NCBI GenBank assembly: GCA_900549625.1
Contig: URPE01000002.1
Coordinates: forward strand, 2,242-66,241
DNA length: 64,000 bases
Source: an uncultured Mycoplasmatota bacterium
GTDB lineage: Bacteria > Bacillota_I > Bacilli_A > RF39 > UBA660
Direction of reading: 5' to 3'
Both the position numbers and the translations under genes were made by a program. The notes below the pieces were generated by a model that saw only the letters and a program-made list of their open reading frames with translations, searched no databases and had not been told where the DNA came from. Each line of letters opens with the position of its first letter. Position 1 is the stretch's first letter. Positions 55,514 to 64,000 of this stretch are shown piece by piece.

Positions 55514-58500
55514 ACAAAAAAAAGCTATAGAACTTACTGGCACTAATATTATTGTTTCTGCTGGAGCTGGTTCTGGTAAAACCGCTGTCCTAACAACACG
55601 CGTACTTGAAAAATTAAAAAACGGTACTCACATTAATGAACTACTAATATTAACATTCACTAATGCAGCCGCGGCCGAGATGAAACAAAGAATAAAAACC
55701 AACATTGAAAAAAATAATTTATTAAATGAACTAGATTTACTAGACACATCCTACATAACAACCTTTGATTCATTTGCTTTATCCATTGTTAAAAAATATC
55801 ATTACCTTTTAAACATATCAAATGAAATTAATATTACTGACTCTTCTTTAATTGCTTTACAAAAAAGAAAAATACTAGATGATATATTTGAAAAAAACTA
55901 TCAAAACCCATCTATAAACTTTCAAAATCTTATCAATACCCTTTGTATCAAAGATGATAATAATTTAAAAGAAGAAATACTCCGTATAGCAAACAAATTA
56001 TCCATTAAAACTGATTTAAATACCTACTTAAATAATTACCTTGTTGAATACTACAGTGAAGCCACTATAAATAAATTAATTAACGATTACCAAAATATAT
56101 TAAATCAGTCAGTAAATGAATTGTTTTTAGAACTAGAAAATTACCAAATGGACTTTGAAACTGACTATTACACTAAATTGCAAGAAACATTATGGCCATT
56201 AAAGAGTGATGACTTAGATACATTAATTGCCATGATTAAAGCCGTTAAATTACCAAGTTTAAAACGAGGCAGTGATGAAATATCTAAATTTGCTAAAGAA
56301 AAGATTAATAAAAAATTAAAGGAACTAAAAAGTATAACTATTTATGGTTACAAAGAAAACATGAAAAATGACTATAAAGATACTAAAAACTTAATTGAAC
56401 CATTACTATCTATTCTAAAAGATTTCTTTAATACTTTAACTACCTACAAAAGAGAAAATGAAATATATGACTTTACAGACATAGCAAAACTTTCTTTAGA
56501 AATTTTAAAGAATAACAAAAGTATCAGACTAGAATTAAAAAATTATTTTAAAGAAATAATGGTCGATGAATACCAAGATACTTCTGATATCCAAGAAGAA
56601 TTCATTTCTCTTATTAGTAATAACAATGTTTACATGGTAGGCGATATAAAGCAAAGTATCTATCGTTTTCGAAACGCTAACCCCTATATATTCAAAAACA
56701 AATATGATAACTATAGTAAAAACTTAGGTGGTGCGAAAATTGACTTAGTAAAAAACTTTCGTTCAAGACCTGAGGTTCTAGACAACATAAATACTATCTT
56801 TAATCCTATTATGGATGATTTAATTGGTAATGCCGATTATAGAGAATCACATCAAATGGTATTTGGTAATACTACATATATTAATGAAGGCAAAACTGAC
56901 TATGACAATGACATGACCATATATAAGTATAACGTAGATAACTCTGATTTTTCTAAAGAAGAAATTGAATTCTTTAAAATTGCTAAAGATATTAAAGAGA
57001 AAATGAATAACCATTACCAAATATTAGATAAAGAAACAAGTACTCTAAGAAATATTGAATATAAAGACTTCTGTATAATTCTTGATCGTAATTCATCTTT
57101 TGATTTAGCTAAAAAAATATTTGAATACTTTGACTTACCTCTTTCATTATATAAAGATGAAGAAATAAATCAAAGCAATGATATTTATCTCATTAAAAAT
57201 CTCTTAATATTAGTTACTCACTTAAAAGAAAAGAATCTAAACAACGAATTTTCTTATGCTTTTACAAGTGTTGCTAGAAGTTTTCTATACGAATATTCTG
57301 ATGAAGAACTATTAAAAATTATTAAAAATAAAAAAGAATGTCAAACCCATATAATTAAATCTTTATATCCCCTTGTAAAAAATATGAATATATTATCTAC
57401 ACAAGAAATAATTGCCGAAATTATCAAAATAACTAATTACTATGAAGCCTTAATAAAAGTTGGCAATATGAATGAAAGTATAATTAGATTAAATAAAATA
57501 ATGGAATTAGCCGACAATACTAATTATAATATTTATGAATTTATAGATTATCTAAATGATCTACTAACTAAAAACGAACTAATTAAATATAACGTTAAAA
57601 CTACTACTAAAAGTAGTATCAAAATCATGAACATTCATAAATCAAAAGGATTAGAGTTTCCTATTTGCTATTTTGCTGGTCTTTATAAATCATTTAGTAA
57701 ACAAGATTTAAAAGGAGATATTATATATGAACCAAACATGCCACTATATATCCCTACATTTAATGAAGGTATAAAAGAAAATATCGTTAAACTAATAATC
57801 AAAGAAAAAATGAAAACTCTAGATATATCCGAAAAAATAAGACTATTTTATGTTGCTCTTACTAGAGCCAAAGAAAAAATGATAATGTTTTTACCAATTA
57901 CTGATGATTTAGATGAAAGAAAAAATGCTGACGGTCTTGTTATAAACACTATTCGCTATAAATATAGTTCATTCAAAGACTTTTTAAATTCCATTCCCAA
58001 AGAACTAGAAAAATATACTAAAATACTTGATATAAAAGAGTTAGATCTTACTAAAGATTATTTACTATTAAAAGATAAAGACTTACTTAATGAAGAAAAA
58101 AAATCATTAATAATTAATGAACTTGAATTTAAAGAAAATAATATTACTAGTAAAACTTTCTCTAAAAAAACTAAAGATTTAATTGATAATGAAACTAAAA
58201 AAAATATGGAATTCGGCACAATTGTTCATGAAATATTAGAACACATTGATTTTAAAAATCTCGACTTATCTCTTATTGAAAATAATTTTATTAAAAATAT
58301 TATTAACTCATTAGTAAAAACACCTCTTTTTAAAGACATAGAAAATGCGACTATTTTTAAAGAATACGAATTTATTGATTGTGACTTGGACAATGAATAC
58401 CATGGTAAAATTGATTTAATGATTGTTCATGATGAATATATTGACATAGTAGATTATAAGTTAAATGATCTTACTGATGAAAACTATATAAATCAATTAA

Positions 58501-58595
58501 ATGGTTACAAAGCATATATTTCTAAAAATACAACTAAAGAAGTTAATATCTATCTTTTTAGTCTTCTTACAAGTACTTTGAAAAAGTTAAATTAA
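55497..58595 (+). CDS. addA: AddA/RexA-type ATP-dependent helicase-nuclease subunit
   Basis: UvrD-like motifs (VSAGAGSGKT, VDEYQDTS, VGDIKQSIYRFR, IMNIHKSKGLEF, YVALTRAK) plus a C-terminal nuclease (GKIDLM...IVDYKLN). Confidence 0.9.
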   Translation: MAWTPEQKKAIELTGTNIIVSAGAGSGKTAVLTTRVLEKLKNGTHINELLILTFTNAAAAEMKQRIKTNIEKNNLLNELDLLDTSYITTFDSFALSIVKKYHYLLNISNEINITDSSLIALQKRKILDDIFEKNYQNPSINFQNLINTLCIKDDNNLKEEILRIANKLSIKTDLNTYLNNYLVEYYSEATINKLINDYQNILNQSVNELFLELENYQMDFETDYYTKLQETLWPLKSDDLDTLIAMIKAVKLPSLKRGSDEISKFAKEKINKKLKELKSITIYGYKENMKNDYKDTKNLIEPLLSILKDFFNTLTTYKRENEIYDFTDIAKLSLEILKNNKSIRLELKNYFKEIMVDEYQDTSDIQEEFISLISNNNVYMVGDIKQSIYRFRNANPYIFKNKYDNYSKNLGGAKIDLVKNFRSRPEVLDNINTIFNPIMDDLIGNADYRESHQMVFGNTTYINEGKTDYDNDMTIYKYNVDNSDFSKEEIEFFKIAKDIKEKMNNHYQILDKETSTLRNIEYKDFCIILDRNSSFDLAKKIFEYFDLPLSLYKDEEINQSNDIYLIKNLLILVTHLKEKNLNNEFSYAFTSVARSFLYEYSDEELLKIIKNKKECQTHIIKSLYPLVKNMNILSTQEIIAEIIKITNYYEALIKVGNMNESIIRLNKIMELADNTNYNIYEFIDYLNDLLTKNELIKYNVKTTTKSSIKIMNIHKSKGLEFPICYFAGLYKSFSKQDLKGDIIYEPNMPLYIPTFNEGIKENIVKLIIKEKMKTLDISEKIRLFYVALTRAKEKMIMFLPITDDLDERKNADGLVINTIRYKYSSFKDFLNSIPKELEKYTKILDIKELDLTKDYLLLKDKDLLNEEKKSLIINELEFKENNITSKTFSKKTKDLIDNETKKNMEFGTIVHEILEHIDFKNLDLSLIENNFIKNIINSLVKTPLFKDIENATIFKEYEFIDCDLDNEYHGKIDLMIVHDEYIDIVDYKLNDLTDENYINQLNGYKAYISKNTTKEVNIYLFSLLTSTLKKLN

Positions 58596-58619
58596 ACTAT
58601 CAAAAAAAGATAGTTTTTT

Positions 58620-59258
58620 TTATAGACCTAATTCTTCATCACTAGGTATATCACTACTATCTTCTTCACTATAAAATTCCAAATCTTTAAATCTAGTTAT
58701 AAAACTAATTAATGTAAGTGGAAAACTATGTATTAACGTGTTATACAAAGATACATAATCATTATATGTCATTTTCTCATTAGCAATAACGTTTTCACTC
58801 TCTCTAATTTGTCTTAACAATTCCATAATACTTTCATTAGCTTTTAACTCTGGATAATTCTCTAACATTCCCCCAAATTGTTTAGAATTTAAAATTACCT
58901 TGCTTTTTCTAGCATATGCCACACTTTTTTGAACATGACTTTCATGTTTCATATACTTATCAGCTACTTTATTAGCCTTAGTAAGTAAAGTCTCACTTCT
59001 TTTATTTAATACTTCTATATTACTTTTAACAGCATTAGCTTTTTGCTTTAGGGAACTAACATTATTTAATTTAAGTACAAAAGTTATTATTACTCCCGTT
59101 AAAAAGCCAAAAACTAAACTAGCCCCATTAAATGGTTCTACTACCTCTTCTACTGAACTTGGTGTAAAAACAGAAAAAATAAATACCCAAAAAATCCAAG
59201 CACAAACTATCCATGCAAACAATTTTAAAATTTCAATTGCCAAACTATTTTTCATCAA
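58620..59258 (-). CDS. LemA-like membrane protein
   Basis: Two N-terminal TMs, then ...ENYPELKANESIMELLRQIRESENVIANEKMTYNDYVSLYNTLIHSFP (LemA pattern). Confidence 0.65.
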   Translation of the reverse strand: MMKNSLAIEILKLFAWIVCAWIFWVFIFSVFTPSSVEEVVEPFNGASLVFGFLTGVIITFVLKLNNVSSLKQKANAVKSNIEVLNKRSETLLTKANKVADKYMKHESHVQKSVAYARKSKVILNSKQFGGMLENYPELKANESIMELLRQIRESENVIANEKMTYNDYVSLYNTLIHSFPLTLISFITRFKDLEFYSEEDSSDIPSDEELGL

Positions 59259-59337
59259 AACTCACCATCACTTTCAAAATTAATTAAATTTTCTCATATT
59301 AAAATTTATAAGTCAAATATAATCACTACAATTAAAT

Positions 59338-59727
59338 CTATGCTTCAAAATAATTCCATATACCAAGTTGCCCTTTTGCCTTAATAGGCGTTTCTAAAAC
59401 TTCTATTAATTCTAACTGCCAAGCATATCTTCCTAGCGCATAATAGCCATAAAAATACTCAGTTGTTTCATTATTTATGTAACTAATAAATTCTTCATTC
59501 ATTTCTATACAATCTACTAATCTACATTTACATAGAATATATCCAGGATTAATATCACTTTCCAAAAACTTTAATGCATTTTCTTTATTATCAGACGTAC
59601 TTATTGTTTTACTAGCATGGATATAAATTTCTCCCCGATAATTTGTTTTCCAACTACGTGTTTCATACATTTTAACTCCATCTTTAATAAGAGACGCAAA
59701 TGGTTCTTTAATAGATATAACTTTCAT
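59338..59727 (-). CDS. ASCH-domain (PUA-like) protein
   Basis: MKVISIKEPFASLIKDGVKMYETRSWKTNYRGEIYIHASK is the typical ASCH N-terminus. Confidence 0.7.
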   Translation of the reverse strand: MKVISIKEPFASLIKDGVKMYETRSWKTNYRGEIYIHASKTISTSDNKENALKFLESDINPGYILCKCRLVDCIEMNEEFISYINNETTEYFYGYYALGRYAWQLELIEVLETPIKAKGQLGIWNYFEA

Positions 59728-59755
59728 TCCATTACCTCTTTATAATAATCTTTTA

Positions 59756-60220
59756 TTATTTCTTATTATATTTTATAGATAAATTTCTAACCATTGATAA
59801 AGATTTATTTATATCATTAAATTTATCAGAAATTTCTTCAACTACCATAATTAATTGTTCCCTATTTTCTACAACAATATCATTCTTATTTATAATTGCC
59901 GAGGCAACTTTTCTATCCATTATATTTTGCACCAATAATAAACTATCAGGTTGCAGTTCATTATTTTCAGGTACTACTACCTCAAAACTATCTGCCTTAA
60001 GAACAAGTTGTTTTAAAGTCATTTTTTCACCAACATAGATGCTAAATACTTTTTTAGCACCGTTATTAATTCCTTCTTGATATTCAAATACATCCATTGC
60101 CGCAACATTTTTTGGCAAATCACCTTCCAGTGGCAATTTAAAAGAATATGGTAAAACGTTACCCATAATATCTCTTAAATTTATAAGTGTCAAAGTAACT
60201 TTATCATTTTGTCCAAACAT
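59756..60220 (-). CDS. Hypothetical protein
   Basis: 154-aa ORF; no motif recognised. Confidence 0.5.
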   Translation of the reverse strand: MFGQNDKVTLTLINLRDIMGNVLPYSFKLPLEGDLPKNVAAMDVFEYQEGINNGAKKVFSIYVGEKMTLKQLVLKADSFEVVVPENNELQPDSLLLVQNIMDRKVASAIINKNDIVVENREQLIMVVEEISDKFNDINKSLSMVRNLSIKYNKK

Positions 60221-60301
60221 AAAACCCTCCTAAATTAAAAAAACTTGATACATATCGTACCAAGCAATCTTAACGAACACAATGGTTCGATTAAATCAAA
60301 A

Positions 60302-60375
60302 TGGCAGGGGCGGAGAGAATCGAACTCCCATCAAAAGTTTTGGAGACTCCTATGCTACCATTATACCACGCCCCT
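60302..60375 (-). tRNA. trnW: tRNA-Trp (anticodon CCA), CCA end encoded
   Basis: Reverse complement AGGGGCGTGGTATAATGGTAGCATAGGAGTCTCCAAAACTTTTGATGGGAGTTCGATTCTCTCCGCCCCTGCCA. It has a 7-bp acceptor stem, anticodon loop CUCCAAA and T-loop TTCGATT. The D-stem has one A-C mismatch. Confidence 0.9.
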
Positions 60376-60464
60376 AATAACCTATAACTAAAGGACAAAT
60401 ACATTATAACATGATAAATTAGACATTTCTAGTCTTTTTACATAAAATATTTTAGGTGATATTA

Positions 60465-60887
60465 ATGATTATTGAATATACTACAAAAGAACGTGACTTA
60501 CTAGCGCGAATAATGCGAGCAGAAGCCTTAGCAGAAGGAGACTTAGGTATGTTAATGGTCGGCAATGTTGTGGTAAATCGTGCTCTAGTAAAATGTCTTA
60601 CTTTTAAAAAAATTACCACTATTGAACAAGCAATATACCAACCTAATCAATTTGTCGGGACAACCTCATCCCTTTTTGAAGCTTCACCTACTACCCTTGA
60701 AAAAAATCTAGCTGATCGTATATTAAAAGGTGAATACTACCATCCTGCCACACATGCTTTATGGTTTTATGCCCCCAAAAAAGGTGAAAATTGCAAAAGC
60801 ACTTGGTACACACAACCTCTAGCAGGCAGATACAACGACCATTGCTTCTATAGACCTAATCAAGGTGAATGCAAAGAAATTTATTAA
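60465..60887 (+). CDS. SleB/CwlJ-family cell wall hydrolase (Hydrolase_2 domain)
   Basis: ERDLLARIMRAEALAEGDLGMLMVGNVVVNRA...QPNQFV...ALWFYAP pattern of spore cortex-lytic enzymes. ATG 60465 follows AGGTGA. Confidence 0.8.
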   Translation: MIIEYTTKERDLLARIMRAEALAEGDLGMLMVGNVVVNRALVKCLTFKKITTIEQAIYQPNQFVGTTSSLFEASPTTLEKNLADRILKGEYYHPATHALWFYAPKKGENCKSTWYTQPLAGRYNDHCFYRPNQGECKEIY

Positions 60888-60948
60888 GTTACGCTCGTCG
60901 TAATTTTTTTTATACTAAAAAAGACAACTCAATAAGTCATCTTAAAAA

Positions 60949-62139
60949 CTATGGAATAATCAATTTTTGACCAATATTTAACAAATTACTTGTTAAATTG
61001 TTTCTTTTCTTAATTGCATCTACTGTTGTATTATAATCACGTGCTATAGCATATAAATTATCACCAGCCTTAACCGTATATATAACATTTGCACTATTGC
61101 TACTAGGAATTTTTAATATTTGCCCAATGCTAAGACTATCACTATTAAGATTATTTAAACTCTTAATTTCACTTACTGATACATTATTTTCTCTAGCAAT
61201 TTTATACAAATTATCTCCTGCTTTAACAGCATAAGTATTAATATTATTAGGAACATCACTTGTGTTATTTGCTATTTTCAATTTCTGTCCTACACTTAAA
61301 TTATTACTAGATAAATTATTAATTTCTTTTAAAGCTGAAACACTAGTACCATATCTTTTTGCAATACTATATAGGGTATCTCCTTTATTAACAGTATAAT
61401 ATTCATGGGCGTTATCACTACCAGGTATTAAAAGAACTTGTCCAATACTAAGTGAATTACTAGTTAAATTATTTTTATTTTTTAACTCTTCCACACTTAC
61501 ACCATATTTTCTTGCAATACCCCACAATGTATCTCCCTTACTAACAACATAAGTATTAGTACTATCACCCGCTTGTTTATAAGTAACACCAGCGTAACTT
61601 GCTACAGCTCTTACTACCGCTTCTGCTAAATCCTGCCAATCCTCCTTTAGCAAATTAGGATCATCACCACTACTATCAGCAAAACCATACTCAATAATAA
61701 CTGATTCATTATTAGGTGTATCTCTTAAAATATAATAGTAATCTTTAGAAGGGTCAGATGGTAATCTTCTTTGATAATACTTACGAACGTTTTGCCCAGC
61801 CCTAGTAAATTCATCCGCAATCTTTTTGGCTAGTGTAGATGAATTTCGTAAAGCATAGATTATTTCAGCACCATCCCCACCACCTGCATTAATATGATTA
61901 GACAAAACTATAACATCATTTCCATTACCATAAAAACTCTGAACTTTTTTTGGTCTATCACTAGGTCCTAGAGTAATATCACTATCCCTTGTCATAGCAT
62001 TTTCAATTCCTAATTCATTAAAACGCTTATGTAAATATTTACTTATTTCCAAAGTTTTATTCTTTTCTATTATTCCATTTGCGCTAGTCCCAGGGTCTTC
62101 TCCCCCATGACCTGCATCAATCACTATTTTTTTAGCCAT
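60949..62139 (-). CDS. N-acetylmuramoyl-L-alanine amidase (Amidase_3) with four C-terminal LysM repeats
   Basis: MAKKIVIDAGHGGEDPG...SNHINAGGG...E (Amidase_3 ligands). Four repeats of Y.V..GD.L..IA......V..........L..GQ.L.IP. Confidence 0.9.
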   Translation of the reverse strand: MAKKIVIDAGHGGEDPGTSANGIIEKNKTLEISKYLHKRFNELGIENAMTRDSDITLGPSDRPKKVQSFYGNGNDVIVLSNHINAGGGDGAEIIYALRNSSTLAKKIADEFTRAGQNVRKYYQRRLPSDPSKDYYYILRDTPNNESVIIEYGFADSSGDDPNLLKEDWQDLAEAVVRAVASYAGVTYKQAGDSTNTYVVSKGDTLWGIARKYGVSVEELKNKNNLTSNSLSIGQVLLIPGSDNAHEYYTVNKGDTLYSIAKRYGTSVSALKEINNLSSNNLSVGQKLKIANNTSDVPNNINTYAVKAGDNLYKIARENNVSVSEIKSLNNLNSDSLSIGQILKIPSSNSANVIYTVKAGDNLYAIARDYNTTVDAIKKRNNLTSNLLNIGQKLIIP

Positions 62140-62267
62140 ACATATCACCTAAAATAGTATATGGTAAATACCTAAATATGTTATTTATTAATAATGTATA
62201 TTACTTAACTTTTTAATCTAGTACTTTTTTTAGTATTTTAACTTTCAACTACAATATACATAAATTA

Positions 62268-63437
62268 TCATTCAATAAATCTTTCCCAATTCTCTTTAGT
62301 AGAACTTGAAACACAATCAAAATATTTTTCCAATTGTCTACTAATCAATTTAGCTTTTTCATTAATTGGATTACCAGCACTATAATAATCTTTCTTTAAT
62401 GTTCTAAACATCATATCAGAAAACAATACGGCTCTATCTTCTTTATAATCAGATTTACTATAAGCTGATAAAAAATAAGCAGGATTAGAATAATAATATA
62501 CATATTCAGTTGTTTGATTTCCATATGTAAAACCAGGTGGATTATAATCTTTCATGCTATTTTCTAATGCACTTACTCCTATAATACTTGCTAAATAACA
62601 ATCTATATAATGCATTATTTCATGATGAAGTGTACTTTCAAACAATAAACTTTCTGTATTAATAAGAATCACTACATTATTTGGATTTCTATTATCTGTT
62701 AATCCAGCTACGTTACCTGTTAATTGATCTACCAAATAAATCGTTAAAGATTTCCATTTCTTATTAATTTCAAAAAAGAAACTGCTTGGATATTTTGCTA
62801 AAGCAACATTGACATTATTTAATGCCGTATGAATTTTCTCATCATCATATTGTTTAGTAAAATTAGAATATGAATTAATATAATTAACATCTGATTCATC
62901 TTTATAGCCAATATTAACACCATATTTTGACTTTATATTTTTTCTTAAATTATCATTGGTAATACTTAAAGAACTTGTGTTATTATTTTCTTCTTTTGGT
63001 TGTTCGGTAGTTCCTTCATTTTTTATAGTAGCATTATTTTTTATAGTATTATCCTTATTATTTGTATTTTTATTTGAATTTGTATCTTTTTCTAATACAC
63101 TAGTTTCATCTTTTTTAGCACTACTAGCCGAATTATTTTCTTGCTTATTATTAGATTCTTGCTTATGTTCTGTTATCTTTTCTTCTTTTGTTTTCACATT
63201 TTTTTCTTGTAAATCTTCTTCTTTCTGAGAATTTTCACTATTCTTATTATCTTGTTTTTCTCCTAGTTCATTAAAATCGTTAGAGTGCCCATCTTCTTCT
63301 TTATTTACTGGAGCCCCAACTTCATTATGATTAAACTCACTTTTAACATTAATACCAGTATAGTATTTAACACACAACATGATTATAAATAAACCCATTA
63401 ATAAAATAACAATAATATTCTTCTTATCTAACTTCAT
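62268..63437 (-). CDS. Membrane-anchored protein with low-complexity linker and HExxH domain (putative zinc metallopeptidase)
   Basis: N-terminal TM and a ~130-aa N/K/E/S/T-rich linker. The C-terminal domain contains LHHEIMHYID (HExxH). Family not confidently named. Confidence 0.6.
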   Translation of the reverse strand: MKLDKKNIIVILLMGLFIIMLCVKYYTGINVKSEFNHNEVGAPVNKEEDGHSNDFNELGEKQDNKNSENSQKEEDLQEKNVKTKEEKITEHKQESNNKQENNSASSAKKDETSVLEKDTNSNKNTNNKDNTIKNNATIKNEGTTEQPKEENNNTSSLSITNDNLRKNIKSKYGVNIGYKDESDVNYINSYSNFTKQYDDEKIHTALNNVNVALAKYPSSFFFEINKKWKSLTIYLVDQLTGNVAGLTDNRNPNNVVILINTESLLFESTLHHEIMHYIDCYLASIIGVSALENSMKDYNPPGFTYGNQTTEYVYYYSNPAYFLSAYSKSDYKEDRAVLFSDMMFRTLKKDYYSAGNPINEKAKLISRQLEKYFDCVSSSTKENWERFIE

Positions 63438-63694
63438 AAAAAAAACTCCTTAACAAAATTGTACCAAATTTCTAATAAAAAGTCTTTAAATTATCAAAAG
63501 CAATACATATTTATACAATAAAGTTATTATTAAATAGATACTCATCTTTATTTTTATAATAACAAAAACATCAATATATATAGCATTAACATTGTAGTTA
63601 GTATAAATAGTAATATCATATAATTTTAATCTTAATTTATATAATAATTATAGTAGATAAAGCCTATCCCAAATTAAATCTCAATAAAAGATTT

Positions 63695-63907
63695 TTACAA
63701 GTTCTCTTCTGTTATTCTTCTTCTCACTTTCAATAAATTGTCTATTCGCATTGATTCCTCGTTATTCTTGTTCTTTTGTAAGTATTCTAACATTTTCGTG
63801 GCTTGAGTTTCCGTATCTAACGGGTTTATTATTGCAATCACTAAATCTCTATTCATATCGGGAAGTGTCCAAAGAATATTTGCTATTTGAATTAGAATTT
63901 GTTTCAT
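63695..63907 (-). CDS. Hypothetical small protein
   Basis: 70-aa ORF with GAGGAGG upstream of the ATG; no motif recognised. Confidence 0.4.
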   Translation of the reverse strand: MKQILIQIANILWTLPDMNRDLVIAIINPLDTETQATKMLEYLQKNKNNEESMRIDNLLKVRRRITEENL

Positions 63908-64000
63908 GTGCTACCTCCTCACTAATAATTCTGATTAGTTTAACATTAGTTATTCTAAATTAATTATTATTTTTATCAATTATATCAGAAAAATATATAT

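Noticed and set aside
60302-60375. tRNA-Trp as the attachment site of an integrated element (adjacent hypothetical, ASCH and LemA-like genes).
   Set aside because: No integrase was found, no repeat of the tRNA 3' end was found nearby, and the neighbouring genes are not element-like.
29867-63963. Other antisense ORFs: 29867-30082, 30883-31095, 35441-35626, 38874-39218, 45162-45395, 46642-46833, 62956-63228 and 63751-63963. The earlier ORFs 2138-2347 and 26211-26393 are of the same kind.
   Set aside because: All overlap better-supported genes on the opposite strand, lack an RBS and encode Phe/Ile/Ser/Leu-rich low-complexity sequences.
1-64000. A search by eye for CRISPR arrays, rRNA genes, riboswitches or T-boxes, and long tandem repeats.
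   Set aside because: None was seen. The intergenic regions are short and are explained by promoters, leaders and terminators. The only repeats found are the short ones listed as features. An exhaustive repeat search would need a computational self-alignment.

Overview
This is a very AT-rich chromosomal segment (by eye well under 35% GC) that uses the standard bacterial code: TGA acts as a stop, Trp is TGG, and the single tRNA found is tRNA-Trp with anticodon CCA. I infer a low-GC Bacillota host, probably an endospore-forming Erysipelotrichia- or Clostridia-like lineage, from the GerQ-like, SleB/CwlJ-like, WhiA, FtsEX-M23 and AddAB genes.

**1-20.6 kb (minus strand): ribosomal supercluster.** Transcription order is S10-spc-alpha (rpsJ to rplQ), a terminator, rplK-rplA-rplJ-rplL, a terminator, a 5-gene accessory insert, an own promoter, then rpsL-rpsG-fusA. 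The insert holds a P-loop kinase-like protein, three small membrane-anchored proteins (one with a prepilin-like N-terminus) and a Fic-fold protein with a degenerate active site. rpoBC, secE-nusG and rpmD are absent from their usual places.

**20.8-30.3 kb:**
- clpP.
- A candidate type I toxin/antisense-RNA pair.
- A large surface protein divergent from an XRE regulator.
- whiA.
- ftsE-ftsX with a coiled-coil M23 peptidase.
- A YitT-type membrane protein.
- Two tandem Tim44-like/zinc-ribbon proteins.
- A GerQ-like gene.

**30.3-44.6 kb: decayed accessory island.**
- A dinD pseudogene.
- A deletion scar of a second XRE/surface-protein module.
- An IS30 transposase remnant.
- A MerR operon with an orphan T4CP-like ATPase.
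- A duplicated MerR-type promoter core.
- Two proteins sharing one HD-hydrolase module variant. One is a 1369-aa protein at the end of an otherwise unassignable operon (31-codon ORF, 249 aa, 1369 aa). This operon is my best candidate for an undescribed system.

**44.7-64 kb: mostly core genes.**
- MYG1-like protein, rlmH, yycJ-like protein and a LysM-G5-M23 peptidase.
- dnaB and rplI.
- An Rpn-type nuclease.
- rpsR-ssb-rpsF.
- Compact addB-addA.
- LemA-like and ASCH proteins, and tRNA-Trp.
- A SleB/CwlJ-like hydrolase, an amidase with four LysM repeats, and an HExxH protein.

I saw no rRNA, CRISPR array or intact mobile element. All calls come from reading the sequence and recognising motifs; no database search was possible.
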